DNA from: Marsupella aquatica
Lineage: Eukaryota; Plantae; Marchantiophyta
Direction: 5' to 3'
NCBI GenBank assembly: GCA_973895155.1
Contig: OZ316892.1
Location: 634,917 to 698,916, forward strand
Length of the DNA: 64,000 nt
The notes under the pieces are model-generated. The model made no database searches. It was not told the DNA's origin and saw nothing but the letters and a program-made list of their open reading frames with translations. How positions within the stretch are numbered: the first letter of the stretch is position 1; the number at the start of each line of letters is the position of its first letter. Position numbers and translations under genes: made by a program. Shown one piece after another: positions 60,683 to 64,000 of this stretch.

Positions 60683-63600
60683 ATTCACAAACTCCCAGAT
60701 TGATTGGATACATTATAACTAGTGTATTCAAATTACAAATGAAGGATCTTATGGTCACATCAGAGCACCCAAGCACAGCAATGTCAACTCCCAGTTTGAT
60801 TAATACTTTGTGGCTGTTGTATCCAAACTACAAAGAAAAGTGTTTATGGCTGCATTGCAACATGAAAGCACAGTAGCGTCCCCAACCTCACTATTTTTCT
60901 AAGACAACGTGAATACTGTTTAAAAAAAGTGAAATGAATTTTTAAAAATCAAATGTGCCTGTCCTCTAAGAAACCTGTTGGGGTCCTATTTTGTTCTGGT
61001 TTAGGTTCATTTCTCAACATTTTATTGTGTTGCCTGTTCTTTTTTTGTTCCAACTTGTGTTCCTGCCATGGCTACCTTTCAGGATGTACAAATTTCAATC
61101 ATGAAGGAGCCACCACACAACATCATTGGGTCAATCCAGGTTTAGGTTTGCAATACGGCGAGTCTTAGACTCAATACATTGCCCATGAAGTATTCTATAA
61201 TTGGGTACAAGATATGCACATATCTATTTCAATCTTATGCACCTACTCTACAGTTTGCCCTGAACCCTAGTCCTCTAACTATGTGTATATATTGTTGTCA
61301 ATGTATACAACTTCTAACAGTGATGCTCCATATCATGTTGCGGCCGCTCGCCAAACGGTTCACTTGACAGTGCGGTCATTGTCAAATGCATTTGGCAACC
61401 CAGTTGCACACCCCAACAACCATAGAACATCTTGCGTTTTACAATGGTGTTCTCACGTTATAAGGATTGCAAATTATGTTATAAGAACTTTTGACACTAA
61501 ATGGTACCTCTGGTGGGCCTGGAGGTCCACTGCAAGAGAAAATCCATCTGTTGGTTGATCAAGAGAAAATGTTTTGTTTGGAGGACCAGTACGTATTTTC
61601 TCCATTCAACCCCAATGGAATGCAACACACTTTACAATGAAATCTTTCTTGTATCCAGCTGATATATCTTTTGATATCCAGCTGAATCAGCTATGTTTTG
61701 GCCAAGTAGAAGAGGATTGGAAAGATGTTGCCAATGAATCTAACATTGCTAGATTTCATGAAAAGTTGAGAGAGCTATGATTTTCTAAATGTTTATTGAT
61801 CACTCAATGTCCAAACTTTACACTCATGAAAGTTTTAGACAAACAACTTTGACACTCAAGATCTCCATTGATATCAAATGAGATAGGCTGTTTTTGGGCT
61901 TATATTGTCAAATGTCATTTGAAAATTGAGAGCCTACAAATCTCCAAGGACTACTGTCCAGTTCTTGTCAGATTTCACTCATAGGTGTAATATGTGCCAT
62001 ATAAGCAGAAAAGAGGGTCTTGTTGTAGGCCATCACGGCCACAAAAAGTTTATTTGAGAGTTCGACAAACATGGAGGCCCATCTTGGCCCAATTCCACCT
62101 ATTTGACTTAGTGTTATTTTTGTAAATCATGCTAGCATCCAATTTAGAATTTATCACCTTGAAATTGAAATGATATTCATTTTTCCAGTGAACGCAAAGA
62201 CCTCAACCAAAGCCTCCCAAACCATTGCAAACGAGAGTCAGAGAAGAAAGCTAAAGCCACTTAGCGTTACAAGAAATAACATGATTGATTCCTTGCCCAA
62301 TTAGACTCCAGGAATGCCCTTGGGGGTTCACTATTTAGGCACCTCACATGAGGTTTTTGGTGTACTCTTATCACTTAGAAAGTAAAGCAGCTCTAACAAT
62401 CAAGCAATCATTAAAAGAGTTTGGACCCTTATTTGCATATAAATCTCCAGAAAGTCTTCCTCAAAGTCAAAGAAAAACTCTTTTTTATCCCAGATCTCTT
62501 GCTTACTTAGCATGCTGAGGTCAAGGTTGATGTGTGATACTGGGAGCCTTTCACACTAGGTTACCTCTTGAAGGGTTTTGAGAAGAATCAAATCTGTAAA
62601 AATAAATATAAAAACACTTCCAAAGAACAAAAGGGCCATTCATGGGACACCATCCCACTGGCCAAAGACCCAATCAAAGGGAGGCAACCAAAGTAAGGGC
62701 CAAAAAGCCAAAAGGACCTTTTCAGGATTGGGGCATTTCTGACTTTTTCCACCAGAGAAAATCCAAGTGTCACTCATCTTACTAATAAATTACATGAGAA
62801 GCTAGAGTTAGAGCTAGACTTCTAGAGTAAAGCCCAGTGACTTTAAAGGCCCACCAAATTTATGTGTATCCATTGGACGTTATGTATGTCAGAATGATGA
62901 TCGTCCATGATAATTTTTGTCATAGTTTTTATTATCAACATATAAAGAATGGGCATTCAGGGTCATTAGTCTAAAGATAGCAAGGCAAACTAAAATCTTT
63001 TGAAACGTTCCAAGGAAAATCTTTTGAAACGGAAAGACTTTTGTGATATTTCTCTTTGTATTTTTGAGTGCATATTAAGTTCCCATACAGACTCCCTTCT
63101 TTTGAGGAGGGCATTATGTGAAGTATGACAAAAATAGGAAAGGTAAAACCCAAATATAGTGTTACCAAATAAAATAACATAATAACTTGTATCAAAATCA
63201 CATTTTTTTTTAAAAATGTCTTTCATGCCTTTGGCCAATTGCAGGCCCTTTTGCTGGATTTTCTATTCAGAGATTCACTTTTTCTTGTTTAATACCCAAA
63301 AATCACTCTCAAGTTTTTACATACAATGTACTAGTTACTGGCATTATGAGAATAATGCCCTCAAAACTTTGGCTGCCACCCTAGTTTTTCAGGGCATTAT
63401 ATCTCATAGTGCCCTCTAACCAGGACATTATCCTATTCAAAACTCCACAAATGCAAGTCCGTGAAAGCCAAAAGTTTGGAAATGTGGGCATTTATGACTT
63501 TTCTTCACCAAAGCCAACTGGAATTTCACTTTCGGTTCTACATATACTGAATATGGGGGCATTTATAGCTCTTTGTCACCAAAGCCAACTTACTGGAGTT

Positions 63601-64000
63601 TCACTTTTTATTTCCTTAGATTTAATGTTGTCCGTCGTGCAATCGGTGGCTGCAGGTTTGCTGCCCGCAGACTAAATACAAATACAAGAAAACTGCCACT
63701 CTTATCGTCCATCAGGTTGTGGGCTGGTAGTGGTGCGCGAGAGTGGGGCCACAGAGATACTAGGTTTGCCCGCTAGTATTTGATCTGAGGAAATTGTCTC
63801 CAGCATCAACCCGAGCATATCACTCAAAAGGAAACAAACAACTCCAGTTGGTTCATTGAATCATTGAATTGACTAGCCCAACAACTACTGTAGCATTCTA
63901 TAGTTTACAATGTAACTTTCGTTTGATTGTTTGAAATCCTTGGCTAAATGACACCAGTTTGTAACAACAGAGGGATGACCAATGTATGATAGACACAAGA

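Overview
Eukaryotic land-plant nuclear DNA with spliceosomal introns; a non-seed plant is plausible but that is only an impression. Four apparently intact multi-exon genes are present: a glutathione peroxidase-like gene (+), a GT106/O-fucosyltransferase (+), a signal peptide peptidase-like protease (+) and a BAHD acyltransferase (-). A truncated 4CL-like pseudogene lies at the left edge. Most of the rest is transposon-derived. (1) A PIF/Harbinger-type unit has a Myb/trihelix ORF and a convergent, inactivated DDE transposase, with host gene fragments between them (a B3-domain exon and two proteasome beta-7 exons). (2) A full-length L1 LINE with a 17-bp TSD sits inside the intron of that proteasome fragment. 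(3) A pogo/Tigger-like element with an intact DD33D transposase also encloses a BRCT-domain ORF resembling DNA polymerase lambda. (4) A Bianca-like Ty1/copia element has 110-bp TG..TA LTRs. Other notable structures are a 267-bp fold-back made of copia RT sequence, a copy of the SPPL promoter/5' region placed upstream of the fucosyltransferase, and a candidate alternative signal-peptide exon for the GPX. All family calls come from motif recognition by eye; no database search was run, and exon coordinates were read manually.
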